This document shows positions 1 to 11,111 of a DNA stretch of 64,000 nt, one piece after another. Position 1 is the first letter of the stretch. The number at the start of each line of letters is the position of its first letter. The notes under the pieces are model-generated. The model had not been told where the DNA came from and searched no databases. It saw only the letters and a list, made by a program, of their open reading frames with translations. The position numbers and the translations under genes were made by a program. The stretch is from an uncultured Candidatus Saccharibacteria bacterium (lineage in GTDB: Bacteria > Patescibacteriota > Minisyncoccia > Phycocordibacterales > 2-02-FULL-43-11). Where the stretch lies: assembly GCA_964348785.1 (NCBI GenBank), contig CAYGDO010000001.1, positions 21,724 to 85,723 of the forward strand, given 5' to 3'.

Positions 1-1362
1 TCGGCAATAATAGGAATGTGTCTGAAATTAATATGATTTGTTGGTTCATCTAAAATTAAAAGTCCGGGTTTTTGAAGTACAAGACGAGCAAAAGAAACTA
101 GACCCTTTTGACCTTCTGACAAGTCACCAATTTTACTAAAAATCATATCTCCTGTTATCAAAAAACTGGCAGCGGTTGAACGCATATGTTCAACAATTTG
201 TTTTTCCATTACAGATAACAACGAATCATAAACAGTATCTTCAAAATTTAAAGTCGAGAAATCCTGTCTGTAATAACCAACCTTAACGCCTGGAGTGATC
301 TTGGCTCCTTTGGCGTTTCCTGTAGCCAAAGATTCGAGCAAAGAACTCTTGCCTATTCCGTTTGGACCAGCCAGTAATAAATGCTCTCGTTTTTTCAAAG
401 AAATGCCCATCTTTCTTGTAACAGGTTTATGATTTTTTATTACTGTAAAAGAAGAGATACTCAAAACTTCTGGAGCCACATCTTGCTGAACAGGGATAAC
501 AAACGGCTTAATCGTCTTGTCCTCTCTTCTAACATCAACTTTTTCTTCTTCTAAAATTTCAACTTTCTCACGCATTCTTTTTGCCACCAATCTCATTTGT
601 CCACCTTTCATGGCGAAAAAATTGGCCTTGTCCTTGTTTTCTTGGATTTCTTTTGCCAACTGAGCATTTTTTCTATTCTCTTTTTCAATACGAGCAGAAA
701 TTTCTTTCATCACATCAAAATAGTCACCGACATATTGTTCAATCTTTTTAGTATAGACATCAAGATAAATAACTCCATGAGTAAAAGCATTTAGAAAATC
801 GGCATCATGGGAAATGACCATCACTGTTTTATCATAATCAACCAAAAACTTTGTAAGATGTTCAATTCCGGCTTTATCCAAATTATTAGTTGGCTCATCA
901 AGAAGCAACAAATCAGCATCTTGAATTAAAGCTGAAGCCAAAAGAAGTCTAGCCTGTTGCCCACCAGAAAATGAACCGACGATTCTGTCTTTTATATCCG
1001 CATGAGGATTTTTTAAATTCACCAACTCCAAAACCTCATCAATTCTAGGATCAATGTCATAAATTTTCTTCTCAAAGGATTTTTGGAAAAATTCTCTTAC
1101 GGTAATTTTTAGTTGATCACGTGGAATGACTTGCCTAGCGCTCGCAATAGAAACATTATTCATCACATTTATCACTCCCTCTTCAGGCTCCAACTCTCCA
1201 TTAATCAATTTAAAAATCGTACTCTTCCCAGCACCATTTTGCCCCATAAGGGTTATTTTTGATCCACGTCTCAAAGAAAAACTGGCTTCTTCCAAAATCG
1301 GCTGATTTATCCCAAAACCAAAAGATACGTCTTCAAATTTAAGTATTGTGTCATTTTTTGAC
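1..1362 (-). CDS. ABC-F family ATP-binding cassette protein (Uup/EttA-like translation factor), partial (C-terminus beyond window start)
   Basis: Reverse-strand translation from ATG at 1362 gives MSKNDTILKFEDVSFGF... with two ABC ATPase cassettes (Walker A GQNGAGKST and GPNGIGKSS; signature LSGGQQARLLLA and LSEGQKGLVSFA) separated by a charged linker; runs off the window edge. Confidence 0.8.
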
Positions 1363-1510
1363 ATAACTGGGACATACTAACACAAATTTGGCAAAAAGCC
1401 TCTTTTTTATAATAAAAAAATCATAACGAAACGACCACTGAGGCCGAAACAGAAAGGGTGCAAAAGCCTTTTTAAATTAGCCCTTTCAACTTACAACCTT
1501 AACCTTTAAT

Positions 1511-2461
1511 CTATTTCAAACACACCCTGCCATCTCTAAAAATCTCAACTGGATATTTAAAATCTTTAATACTGTCCCCATCAAATTCAACGAGGACCGC
1601 CAAACCATTTCGGACACCGTCTTCCCAATACTGATCAAAAATAAAATTGCCAAGAGAATAATAAACCGGCACGCCATCAATATTTTCATTTGGTAAAACT
1701 ATGTGAGGATGAGAACCAACAATCAAATCCGCACCATTTTCTATAAAAACTTCAGCAATTTTTCGCAGACTATCAACGTCTTCTTTATACTCCTCCCCCC
1801 AATGAGTAAAAACTATTACTTTATTTCCAAAATCATCTTCAGCTTTAATTTTTCTAGCCACTAAATCAAAATCATCACCGCCAAAAGCATTGAAAGAAAT
1901 AAAAGAAAAATTAACCCCCCCAATATTTTCAAAATAGATTTTTTCTTCTCCCTTCAATCCACCAAAATATCCAACGCCTGATCCTTCTAAAAACTTAATA
2001 GTTTCTAAAAAACCCTCTGACCCAAAATTACCAATATGATTGTTACCCAAATTAACAATTTTAATATTATGTTTAAAAAGCAAACCGGCAGTAGTTGTTG
2101 GAAAAGTAAACCTATAATTGTTTGGACTGCCAACAACGCTACCCTTACTTACTGACTTATTACTAGTTATAGGACCTTCTAAATTCCCCACCACAACATC
2201 CGCCCTTTTTAATAAATCATCTACGCAAGAAAAAATATAATCGCCACCATTCTTCTCAGTAATTTCTCTGATCCTTCTATCAAACATCATATCACCCACG
2301 AATAAAATCCTTGTCTTTTTAGATTTTTTATTTTCCCATTTTTTTTCAAATTGAATGTTTTGCTTTTGTTCTTTAAAGTCCATTGGAAAATAGTCCGTCA
2401 CAATTAAAACCACTCCAATAAAAAAACAAGAAAAAGCTATAATCTTTAAGAACCTAGACAT
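1511..2461 (-). CDS. CapA/PgsA-family metallophosphoesterase-like protein (poly-gamma-glutamate/capsule synthesis family)
   Basis: 316 aa ORF; N-terminal TM; motifs ILFVGDMMFDR, VVVGNLEGP, LGNNH, VGSHPHIVLP typical of CapA family. Confidence 0.65.
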   Translation of the reverse strand: MSRFLKIIAFSCFFIGVVLIVTDYFPMDFKEQKQNIQFEKKWENKKSKKTRILFVGDMMFDRRIREITEKNGGDYIFSCVDDLLKRADVVVGNLEGPITSNKSVSKGSVVGSPNNYRFTFPTTTAGLLFKHNIKIVNLGNNHIGNFGSEGFLETIKFLEGSGVGYFGGLKGEEKIYFENIGGVNFSFISFNAFGGDDFDLVARKIKAEDDFGNKVIVFTHWGEEYKEDVDSLRKIAEVFIENGADLIVGSHPHIVLPNENIDGVPVYYSLGNFIFDQYWEDGVRNGLAVLVEFDGDSIKDFKYPVEIFRDGRVCLK

Positions 2462-2539
2462 ATAAACAGAATATAGCTTTATTAAATTTTAGACAATAAT
2501 TAAACAATAAAAAAGCTCGACCTAAAAAGCCGAGCAAAA

Positions 2540-2884
2540 TCAATTCCGTGCCATCTTGGGAGAACTCACACGAGGAGACACCACAACCGCCCCGGAAACC
2601 ATAGCAAGGTTGGAATGTTCTGCGACCATTGCCTCGATTTCTTGAAGCGTATAACACAACTTCCAACCAATGAGACCCCCAAGTAGCAACGCCCTAGAGG
2701 CCTCTAAAACCGCCCGAGGAATATTGCCATCCTCTGGGTAAGGAATAGAATATGCCCCACCTCGAACCAGCAATTCTTTGATGGGGCTGTCTTTCTTAAC
2801 CGGCCCCCACACTCCATAGCACCAAAAAACGACAGTACCACGGTGAACCTGCACCTTCTTAGCGCGTTTTCTTTTTGAGCTCAT
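2540..2884 (-). CDS. hypothetical small protein, locally GC-richer
   Basis: 114 aa ORF with AGGAT upstream of ATG; basic N-terminus; no family recognised. Confidence 0.35.
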   Translation of the reverse strand: MSSKRKRAKKVQVHRGTVVFWCYGVWGPVKKDSPIKELLVRGGAYSIPYPEDGNIPRAVLEASRALLLGGLIGWKLCYTLQEIEAMVAEHSNLAMVSGAVVVSPRVSSPKMARN

Positions 2885-3041
2885 TCTAACCTAAATCCTA
2901 CACACACATCCAAAAAAGACAAATATTAAATATGCTTGGGCAAAAAACACATCTATTTCAAACATATTTAAGCACATTAGTTAAATCTAACAAAAAAGGT
3001 CAAATTTATGCATTACCCCACGCTATTGAATTATAATAAAA

Positions 3042-5318
3042 ATGTTTTATAATTATCATCTTATGATTGGTTATCCAAAATCAAGCCAGCCTTGGATTGT
3101 CTACGTGTCCACTTTTCCCCCTCGCACCTGTGGTATAGCCACTTTTACTCAAGATCTAATGGATACATTTGATAATCTTTACGCACCAAAAGAAAAATCC
3201 AAAGTAATAGCTATGAATATTGATAAAAAATCAAATTTCAAATATGACAAAAACAGAGTAATTTTTAAAATAAACCAAAATGAAAAAGAGGAATACATAA
3301 AAACAGCGGAACAAATAAACAACCTTCAAAACGTAATGGTTGTTAATATTCAGCACGAATTTGGTATTTTTGGAGGTGAATATGGAGATTATATTATTGA
3401 TTTTATAAAAGAACTGTCAAAACCCATCGTCCTTACCTTACACACAGTCCTTCCGTCACCCAACGAAAAACTTAAAAAAAACGTTGAGGAATTAGGAAAA
3501 AATGTCGATGTAATCATAGTGATGACAGAAACTTCAAAAAAGATTCTATTAAAAGATTACACAATTGACGAAAATAAAATTAAAATAATTCCACACGGTA
3601 TTCACCCTGAACTATTTTCAGACGGTATAAAAGAAAAAGCTATTCTAGGGCTATCCAATAAAATTGTTTTATCTACATTCGGATTATTAAGCAAAGGCAA
3701 GGGTATTGAATACGGAATTGAAGCTCTACCTCAAATAGTTGAAAAATATCCCGATGTTGAATACCACATAATAGGCGCCACTCACCCCGTAGTAGTAAAG
3801 GAAGAAGGTGAAGTATACAGAGAATCTTTAATTGAAAAAGTAAAAAAACTAAAATTAGAAAAAAATGTATTTTTTCACAACAAATACTTAGATCTTTCTG
3901 AGTTACTCTGTTTTTTAAAAGCTACAGACATATATATGTCACTTCCTCTTGATCCCAACCAGGCAGTTTCAGGAACTCTTTCTTATGCATTAGGAACAGG
4001 TAGACCAGTTATCGCCACTTCGTTCGCACAAGCAAAAGAAGATGTTACCCCAGAAATCGGTATTCTAGTTGATTTTAAAAATCCAAAAGAAATCACGGAG
4101 GCACTCTTCAACCTTCTTGATAAACCTGAACAATGTAAAGAAATGGGTAAAAAAGCCTACTTTAGAACTCGAAGTAAAACTTGGCAAAATGCAGCTTTAT
4201 CATATATGAATGAATACATAAAACTTGCACCGAATTTGGCCAAAATTGAAAAAAATCTTCCACAAATTAAACTCGACCATATTATTGAATTAACAGATGA
4301 ATTTGGAATGATTCAGTTCGCCAAACTAACGAAGCCCGATACATCATCTGGTTACACCATAGATGATAATGCTCGCGCCCTTATTGCAATCACAAAGTGT
4401 TTCGAGCAACATAAAAGTGAAAAATTACTTGATTTGATAAAAATTTACCTAAATTTTATTGATTACGTAGCTCAATTTTTTGGAGAATTTTATAACTACG
4501 TAAATTATGATCGCAGTATCCCAATTGAAAAAAACCATACTGACAGTTTAGAAGATGCCCGAGCTAGAGCTCTATGTGCCCTATCTTACGTCGCCACATC
4601 TTCATCAATTCCAGAAAATCTTAAAGACAAAGCTTCAACCTTATTCAAATACAGTATGGAGACCTTTTTTCCAGAACACCCACGCTCTATCGCTTTTTTT
4701 ATAAAATCTTTAACAACTTGGTATTCAGTTGATTCATCAGAAAAAAATAAATCAAAAATAATTGAATTGTCAGACAAAATAATAACGATGTACAGAGAAA
4801 ATTCAAATCAAAACTGGCACTGGTTCAGTGACTCCTTAACGTATTCTAACGCCATCCTACCAGAAGCCTTAGCTCTGGCTTACAAAATAACACAAAAAGA
4901 AGAATTTCTAAAAATTTCTGAAGAAAGTATGGACTTTTTAATAAATTACAGTTTTGGTGAAAAATTATGTATGCCTATAGGTCAAAAAGGTTGGTTGCAA
5001 AAAGGGGGTGAAAAACAATTATATGATCAGCAACCAGAAGAGGTATCTACTTTAATAGAAGCACTGGTGACCTTATATAAAATTACAAAAAAAGAACGCT
5101 ATAAAGAATTATCAAGAAATGCATTTGATTGGTTTTTGGGACATAACACTCTACAACAAGTAGTCTATGACCAAACAACTGGGGGTTGTTACGATGGCGT
5201 AGGAAAAGAATATATCAACCTTAATCAAGGAGCGGAATCAACAGTCATGTACCTGTTGGCACGAATAGCAATAGAAAATATTTCAGAAAATATCTCCGAT
5301 TTATACGACCCCGCTTAA
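3042..5318 (+). CDS. glycosyltransferase family 4 (GT1-fold) protein with long C-terminal alpha-helical (glycoside-hydrolase-like) extension
   Basis: 758 aa; N-terminal half resembles Glycos_transf_1 (HIIGATHP... EXXXXXXE-type region GTGRPVIATSFAQAKEDV); C-terminal 350 aa of unknown function. Confidence 0.65.
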   Translation: MFYNYHLMIGYPKSSQPWIVYVSTFPPRTCGIATFTQDLMDTFDNLYAPKEKSKVIAMNIDKKSNFKYDKNRVIFKINQNEKEEYIKTAEQINNLQNVMVVNIQHEFGIFGGEYGDYIIDFIKELSKPIVLTLHTVLPSPNEKLKKNVEELGKNVDVIIVMTETSKKILLKDYTIDENKIKIIPHGIHPELFSDGIKEKAILGLSNKIVLSTFGLLSKGKGIEYGIEALPQIVEKYPDVEYHIIGATHPVVVKEEGEVYRESLIEKVKKLKLEKNVFFHNKYLDLSELLCFLKATDIYMSLPLDPNQAVSGTLSYALGTGRPVIATSFAQAKEDVTPEIGILVDFKNPKEITEALFNLLDKPEQCKEMGKKAYFRTRSKTWQNAALSYMNEYIKLAPNLAKIEKNLPQIKLDHIIELTDEFGMIQFAKLTKPDTSSGYTIDDNARALIAITKCFEQHKSEKLLDLIKIYLNFIDYVAQFFGEFYNYVNYDRSIPIEKNHTDSLEDARARALCALSYVATSSSIPENLKDKASTLFKYSMETFFPEHPRSIAFFIKSLTTWYSVDSSEKNKSKIIELSDKIITMYRENSNQNWHWFSDSLTYSNAILPEALALAYKITQKEEFLKISEESMDFLINYSFGEKLCMPIGQKGWLQKGGEKQLYDQQPEEVSTLIEALVTLYKITKKERYKELSRNAFDWFLGHNTLQQVVYDQTTGGCYDGVGKEYINLNQGAESTVMYLLARIAIENISENISDLYDPA

Positions 5319-5332
5319 AACACTATTAAAAA

Positions 5333-5980
5333 CTAGACTTCCACCTCTTTTAAGCCAGATATTATGGGCAAAATACTTTGATCGGTTACATCTTCAGGTT
5401 TCATAAAAGTCTTAGAAAATATTTCTTTCTCAATTCTTTTTAATGATTCAACCACCGTTTCAAAATCCTCATTACTATATTTTTCCAAAATTATTTTCCC
5501 ATATCTTTCTCGTAAATCTTTCATTCTTTGATCTAAAGAAACGACTCCGTGAGGCCCAACCCTCATATCAGAATATGAACAAATTTTCTGCTCCAAAGAT
5601 CCGTTTTTTTCTATCTCCGGTACATTACCAAAACCAATTTTTTCTATAATATTCAAAACTCTTTCTGGTAAATTAAGTTCTTTGGATATAGACATAGTGG
5701 CCAAGTGAACATCATCACCATATTTTTCAATAAAATCACTCTTAACTTTTTGCCAATACTCTAAACCCTCGGGTTGTACAAAATCGGGAAACTTACTTAA
5801 ATCTGATTTAATAATATTTCCCATATCATGAAAAAGGCAGGCCAAAACCAAATCCTTAGAATCTATTTTTGTGGAGAAACTACTGGATATTAAATCAGCA
5901 ACAGAGGCCACCCTAAAATGATGCTCTGCTAGACTAGGCGGAATTTTATAAGAAGAATATATATTTTGAATTTTGGACAT
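5333..5980 (-). CDS. HD-domain phosphohydrolase
   Basis: 215 aa; HHF...LFHDMGN motif of HD superfamily. Confidence 0.6.
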   Translation of the reverse strand: MSKIQNIYSSYKIPPSLAEHHFRVASVADLISSSFSTKIDSKDLVLACLFHDMGNIIKSDLSKFPDFVQPEGLEYWQKVKSDFIEKYGDDVHLATMSISKELNLPERVLNIIEKIGFGNVPEIEKNGSLEQKICSYSDMRVGPHGVVSLDQRMKDLRERYGKIILEKYSNEDFETVVESLKRIEKEIFSKTFMKPEDVTDQSILPIISGLKEVEV

Positions 5981-6064
5981 AAAATTATTTTAGCTACAAA
6001 CAGATTATATCAGATAGAAAAAATTCCCAGTAGGTTTAATCTGGAATATAATTAGATAAAGTTA

Positions 6065-6553
6065 ATGAATAACAAAATAAAAATTTTTGCTGTTTTAATA
6101 ACTTGCCTATATTTCTGGTATTACGTTTTTACATATACAGAATGGCATTTTATAGACTCAGTTAATCTGGCCTTTCACGAAGCGGGACACGCAATATTTT
6201 TCTTTTTAGGTAAATTCCTCAACATTCTTGCAGGGAGCGCTTTTCAAATTATTCTACCAACGGCACTCTCGTTATATTTTTTCTATAAAGGTGAAAAAAT
6301 TTCTGGTTCGCTCTGTCTCCTTTGGGTAGCGCAAAATTTCCTAAATACCTCTATTTATGTAGGAGACGCAATGAAAATGGAACTAGATCTTATTGGCGGA
6401 GAGTATGTTACCCACGATTGGAATTATATTCTCAACACTTTGGGAATCATAAAATACACCAACACCATTTCAACAATATTTTATAATCTAGGAATGATGA
6501 TTATGACCGCCGGCACAGTTCTATCCATATTTTTTAGCACCAAAGACAACTAA
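6065..6553 (+). CDS. integral membrane protein with HExxH motif (putative membrane metallopeptidase-like, DUF3267-like)
   Basis: 162 aa, 4 hydrophobic segments, HEAGHAIFF motif. Confidence 0.45.
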   Translation: MNNKIKIFAVLITCLYFWYYVFTYTEWHFIDSVNLAFHEAGHAIFFFLGKFLNILAGSAFQIILPTALSLYFFYKGEKISGSLCLLWVAQNFLNTSIYVGDAMKMELDLIGGEYVTHDWNYILNTLGIIKYTNTISTIFYNLGMMIMTAGTVLSIFFSTKDN

Positions 6554-6590
6554 CAAAAAACCTCCGACATCGGAGGTTTTTTGTTAGTTG

Positions 6591-7127
6591 TTATTTAGTC
6601 TTTTTTGCTGAAGCTTTTTTCTTTTTTGGTTTAGAATTTACGTCTTTAACTTCTCCATCCTTATTGGCCAAAGAAGAAACCACGACTTCTTTCAAAGTGG
6701 TCTTATCTTGAACTGGTTTACTAGAAGAAATAGATTTAACAACTTCAGTTAATCTATCAATCTTTGAACTCAATTCTTCAATTTTTTTAGAAAGATTGTT
6801 ATCTCCACCTACATTAGATGTACTTGATCCTCCAAAACTAGATCTTTGAGGTCTATCATTAAACTCTCTTCTGTCACCACCAAATCTTTCTTCTCTTCCC
6901 GCGCCACCACCATTAAGTTTAAAACAATCACTGCAATAAACTGGCTTACCGCTAGTTGGTCTAAAAGGCACTTCACAAGATTTTCCGCACTCGCTACAAG
7001 TGGCCTTATGCATTTCTTTATCAAATCCACCTCCAAAACCACCACTTCTTCTTGGCCCTCCGCCAAAACTAGGCCTACCACCTCTTCCTCCTCCTCCAAA
7101 ACCACCACCTCGATTAAAATTACCCAT
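6591..7127 (-). CDS. Gly/Arg-rich (RGG/GAR-like) protein with CxxC...CxxC zinc ribbon
   Basis: 178 aa; N-terminus GNFNRGGGFGGGGRGGRPSFGGGPRRSGGFGGGFD; CSECGKSCEVPFRPTSGKPVYCSDCF zinc-ribbon; C-terminal Lys-rich tail. Confidence 0.5.
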   Translation of the reverse strand: MGNFNRGGGFGGGGRGGRPSFGGGPRRSGGFGGGFDKEMHKATCSECGKSCEVPFRPTSGKPVYCSDCFKLNGGGAGREERFGGDRREFNDRPQRSSFGGSSTSNVGGDNNLSKKIEELSSKIDRLTEVVKSISSSKPVQDKTTLKEVVVSSLANKDGEVKDVNSKPKKKKASAKKTK

Positions 7128-7271
7128 ATATATTATTTATTATATAAAACTTACTAAAGTCTATGCCCTTCTATCGCTAATAGCAAGAAACATACAGACC
7201 TATTTAAAATAAACTCGTTCGGCCAAAAGAAAACCACCCATCACTTACGTTCTGGGTGGTTTTCTTAAAAG

Positions 7272-7469
7272 TTATGCCTTGGCTACGTTTGTAGCAGCTG
7301 GCCCCTTTTCAGTTTGAACAACTTCAAAAGTGACATTGTCACCGACTTTGAGTTCTTCAAATGTTACGCCATTCAACTCTTTTGAGTGAAAGAAAAGATC
7401 CTTTGTCTCACCTGGGCGAGCAATGAATCCAAATCCTTTTTCTGTAAGAGTCTTGATTGTTCCGTTCAT
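7272..7469 (-). CDS. cspA: cold-shock protein (CspA family)
   Basis: MNGTIKTLTEKGFGFIARPGETKDLFFHSKEL... classic CSD RNP1/RNP2 motifs; start placed at internal ATG (7469) rather than track start 7535. Confidence 0.85.
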   Translation of the reverse strand: MNGTIKTLTEKGFGFIARPGETKDLFFHSKELNGVTFEELKVGDNVTFEVVQTEKGPAATNVAKA

Positions 7470-7577
7470 TTGTTTGTTTAATTTTTTTGAGAAACCCGAC
7501 TTCGTTTTTCCGTACTTAAATGTACGTAAGGTCAAGTATATACCAAAAGCAATATTTTGTCAAGACAATTTACAAAC

Positions 7578-8192
7578 CTATATAGCTTTTGATGCGCCTA
7601 CAACTTTTCTAGTTGCATCATTTTCGCGAGCCATCCCACAAGAAATATCTAACAAATCCTTTAATCCTGCCACATAAGCTTGAGCCCCCAATGCTTGTCT
7701 ACCAAACTCTTTCCAATCATTATCTGATATAGCTCTCTTGCAATCCTGTAATCTAGTTTTCAACTGAGAAAGAGCTTGCGACTCAGCTTTCACTTCGTAT
7801 CGAGTAATAACATCGAGATAACCATCTATCACTAAAACTTCCTCTTTCCTCTTCCTATCTAAAAATCTCTGAAGAGCGGTTTGTAAATCAGCCTCAGAAA
7901 TTTCTTCTGGTTTTGTAGAACTCAAGCCCAAATTTCTGACTGCATATCTCCTCGGATCATCAATGGTTTGTTGAACATAATCTGGTATCGAATCAGATTT
8001 TAAAAAGCCACTACAAACCAATAAATCTTCCATCACCATTTTTGCTCTCAATAAATCTTGAAATCCCCTTTTTTCGTTAAAGGCCCGTTCTCTTTTTCTA
8101 ACTTCTACAATCTCAGGAGTTTCCAATTCATCCTCTCTACGATCATATCTCGACAAATCTTGTTCGCCCAGATTAAATCTTTCAAAACCCAT
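7578..8192 (-). CDS. hypothetical protein
   Basis: 204 aa ORF, charged, no recognised family. Confidence 0.45.
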   Translation of the reverse strand: MGFERFNLGEQDLSRYDRREDELETPEIVEVRKRERAFNEKRGFQDLLRAKMVMEDLLVCSGFLKSDSIPDYVQQTIDDPRRYAVRNLGLSSTKPEEISEADLQTALQRFLDRKRKEEVLVIDGYLDVITRYEVKAESQALSQLKTRLQDCKRAISDNDWKEFGRQALGAQAYVAGLKDLLDISCGMARENDATRKVVGASKAI

Positions 8193-8305
8193 AAATTTAA
8201 AATTAAATAATAAAAACTAAATAAAATCCTACTAAGATACATTATAGAACAAGCCCAAAAAAGGTCTACCACCTCCCCAATCTCAAAAAACCTAAAACCC
8301 ACAAA

Positions 8306-10024
8306 CTATTTCTTATAAAACAACTTGGCCAAACGTATCAAATCATAAGAATGTTGGCCATCTAAATATTCAAAAACCGGTTTCAATTTTTCCGTCCCAA
8401 TTTTATCAAACGCCAAATGAATTTCTTTAATTTCTAAAGCTTTCTTTTTGTCTTGAGGTATAACTTTCATTAAATCAGTATTATCAATTTGTTTTAAAGA
8501 TAAGAGGTGTTCCAAATGATCAACAACGGTTCCCTGCTTTATTCCTCTTAAAAGAGCGATCTCAGAAACACTTTTGCCTTGAAAAAGTAACTCCTTCGTC
8601 TCACCGTAAGTATCTCTTCCAACACTTGTACTTTTTTTATAAATTTTTTGTGATTTTCCTAAACTTAAATCAGTTTTCAGTTCTTCCTCAGTTTTAAATT
8701 TTCCTCCAAGTGCTTTTATGAAATTTTTATGAAATTCCAAAAGCTCTTCGGCGTTAATTGATTCAAATTTGACCCTAGCTTCCGCCGAAGCCAATTTAAA
8801 TTCCCTATCTTTCTCTAAAATATCAGGATGAACTTTTAAAGATTTTTCATTAAAACCTTCCAAAAATAAACCGGACAAACGACGCACCCGTGAAAGAGCC
8901 ACATAACCCTGACCGTATTCAAAAACATCTGATAAATTCATAACCGCTTCATCAAGCGACATTCCCTGACTCTTATGTATCGTTATAGCCCAAGCCAAAC
9001 GAAGTGGCGTCTGCATTATACGCGCTTTCACCTGGCCGTTTTCTTCAAGCAACCATTCCATTGGTTCTATTTCAATTTTTCTTCCTGATTTAGTTCGGAC
9101 AATCGGATTGCCCATCGTTTTTTCAAAATCAACAACCTCACCCAAAGTACCATTTACAAATCCTTTGGTGGGATTATTTTTTGTGCACATCACAATCGCA
9201 CCAACTTTCAATTCCAAATTTTCAGGTGACAAGCATCCCCTCTTTAAAGATTCCACAGGGCCTTCTTTACCCGAAGTGCCCATCACAAACATTTTCACCT
9301 TGCCATCTATCATTCCCAATCTTTCGTTGTTCAATCTATCAACATTTTCATTGTGAGAAAAAAGTCTAGTCATAGTATGAGTTTTGTCTTCATGTTTACC
9401 CAGTCTTTTTTTGAGAGAAATTCTATGATCATCATTAAAACTATTTTTCCTAATTGAAGAAAGCAAGGATAAATATTCTTTATCATCTTGTCTGTGTTGT
9501 TCAGATAAATAGCAGACAATCGGTTTTGCATCACGCCAAGTTCGTGAATTATATGAAAAGTTGGGCGACATCTCTCCGTTAGCCACAATTGGTGGCAACT
9601 GAAAAAAATCTCCAACAAAAACAACTTGCATACCCCCGAAGGCCTCCATCGGATTACCTCTAACATTTCTACATACAGCATCAGCCGATTCCATAGTTGA
9701 AGCATCAAGCATAGACACCTCATCAATTATCAAAACTTGAGTATTTTTTATACGTTTATATATATTAGATTTATCGGCAATAGTTTCCACTTCATATTTT
9801 GAAAGATTTTTCTTTGTGCCAATTCCAGACCATGAATGAATCGTCATACCGTGAATATGAGTTGAAGCAATGCCAGTTGAAGCTGTTATGGCTGGTTCAA
9901 TTCCAAAATTACGCAAATACTCAACATACGTTCTTATAGTATGAGATTTTCCACTTCCTGGCTCGCCTGTTAAAAAAACATTGGCGCCAGTTTTCAAAAT
10001 CTGCAAAGCAGTTTCCTGAGTCAT
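8306..10024 (-). CDS. PIF1/RecD-like AAA ATPase DNA helicase with C-terminal helix-turn-helix-like domain
   Basis: 572 aa; Walker A GEPGSGKSH, Walker B VLIIDEVSML, FVGDFFQLPPI motif typical of Pif1/RecD helicases. Confidence 0.75.
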   Translation of the reverse strand: MTQETALQILKTGANVFLTGEPGSGKSHTIRTYVEYLRNFGIEPAITASTGIASTHIHGMTIHSWSGIGTKKNLSKYEVETIADKSNIYKRIKNTQVLIIDEVSMLDASTMESADAVCRNVRGNPMEAFGGMQVVFVGDFFQLPPIVANGEMSPNFSYNSRTWRDAKPIVCYLSEQHRQDDKEYLSLLSSIRKNSFNDDHRISLKKRLGKHEDKTHTMTRLFSHNENVDRLNNERLGMIDGKVKMFVMGTSGKEGPVESLKRGCLSPENLELKVGAIVMCTKNNPTKGFVNGTLGEVVDFEKTMGNPIVRTKSGRKIEIEPMEWLLEENGQVKARIMQTPLRLAWAITIHKSQGMSLDEAVMNLSDVFEYGQGYVALSRVRRLSGLFLEGFNEKSLKVHPDILEKDREFKLASAEARVKFESINAEELLEFHKNFIKALGGKFKTEEELKTDLSLGKSQKIYKKSTSVGRDTYGETKELLFQGKSVSEIALLRGIKQGTVVDHLEHLLSLKQIDNTDLMKVIPQDKKKALEIKEIHLAFDKIGTEKLKPVFEYLDGQHSYDLIRLAKLFYKK

Positions 10025-10120
10025 TAAAACAGTTTACATTAAATGTGATACGCAAACCACAAAAAAACAACAACAAAACACATTACAGAGTACGTATGTA
10101 TAAAGTACCTGCGTAATGTT

Positions 10121-11107
10121 CTATTTTGCTTTGGCGATAAATTTTCTGTTTAAATAAACAGTCATGTAGCCAACACCAATAACCAAAAAACCAATTAGGA
10201 TAAGAGCAAGAGACCAATTTATTGAATCACGGAAAAATCTCGATGTCAGTTTGATAATATGCCCGACTAGAAAACCTGAGCTCAAAACAAGCATTATTCC
10301 GCTTCTCAAAAATACACTAGCGTAAAAAGCACCAAATAAAATAAGGATGAAAATAAAATCAAACGAGCCTCCAAAAGCAATTCCCGATCCTAAAACGGCC
10401 AGAGTCCCAAGCCCGTAAAAAATATTCTGAACAATTTTTCTCTCCTTGTCGCCGATAGACGAATAATCGGCCCAAAGACGCTTGAAAGCATAAGCCAAAA
10501 AGATATAAGAAAAACCAAGAAGCATAGTGGCCCACTTAACCAAATCACCATCAAAATCAGAAAAATTAAATATCTTTGAAAGCAAGGCGTAGTATGCCCA
10601 AGTTAAAAAACCGATAACGGAAACAAAAAGAATACTTTTCTTACTTATATACATAGCAACACCAAATATGATAGACAAAATGATTGCCGTGAAAAAATTA
10701 CTTTGCCAATTAAAACTAACTGACATTTCTTTGAGTAAAACAAAAGCACCTATCGGAGCAAGAATTACTGAAATGCCAAACATCACGTTGGACATAATAG
10801 AGTGCTCATTATCCCTTACCAAAAGACCTGCAACATAACAAACAAAAGCCACACCCAATGTTGATAATAACCTACCAACGGCACCGATATCGTTCCAATT
10901 TTGTGCAATCAACGTAATGACTCCAATTACAGCGATAATTCCACCTATAAGATAAAAAAGGTTTGTTAATTTTTTACCAAAAGAAACAGGCTCAAAATTA
11001 TCAGATTCTAAAATTTCATGATTTAAAAATCCAAGTAACTCCTCTCTGGAAACGTTTCCCCCTTGGAGTTCAGAGCTAATCAGAGAAAATAGTTGTTTTT
11101 TATCCAT
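10121..11107 (-). CDS. polytopic membrane protein, hypothetical
   Basis: 328 aa, about 8 hydrophobic helices. Confidence 0.5.
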   Translation of the reverse strand: MDKKQLFSLISSELQGGNVSREELLGFLNHEILESDNFEPVSFGKKLTNLFYLIGGIIAVIGVITLIAQNWNDIGAVGRLLSTLGVAFVCYVAGLLVRDNEHSIMSNVMFGISVILAPIGAFVLLKEMSVSFNWQSNFFTAIILSIIFGVAMYISKKSILFVSVIGFLTWAYYALLSKIFNFSDFDGDLVKWATMLLGFSYIFLAYAFKRLWADYSSIGDKERKIVQNIFYGLGTLAVLGSGIAFGGSFDFIFILILFGAFYASVFLRSGIMLVLSSGFLVGHIIKLTSRFFRDSINWSLALILIGFLVIGVGYMTVYLNRKFIAKAK

Positions 11108-11111
11108 AAAA

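Noticed and set aside
597-794. 65-aa plus-strand ORF
   Set aside because: Lies antisense inside the ABC-F gene.
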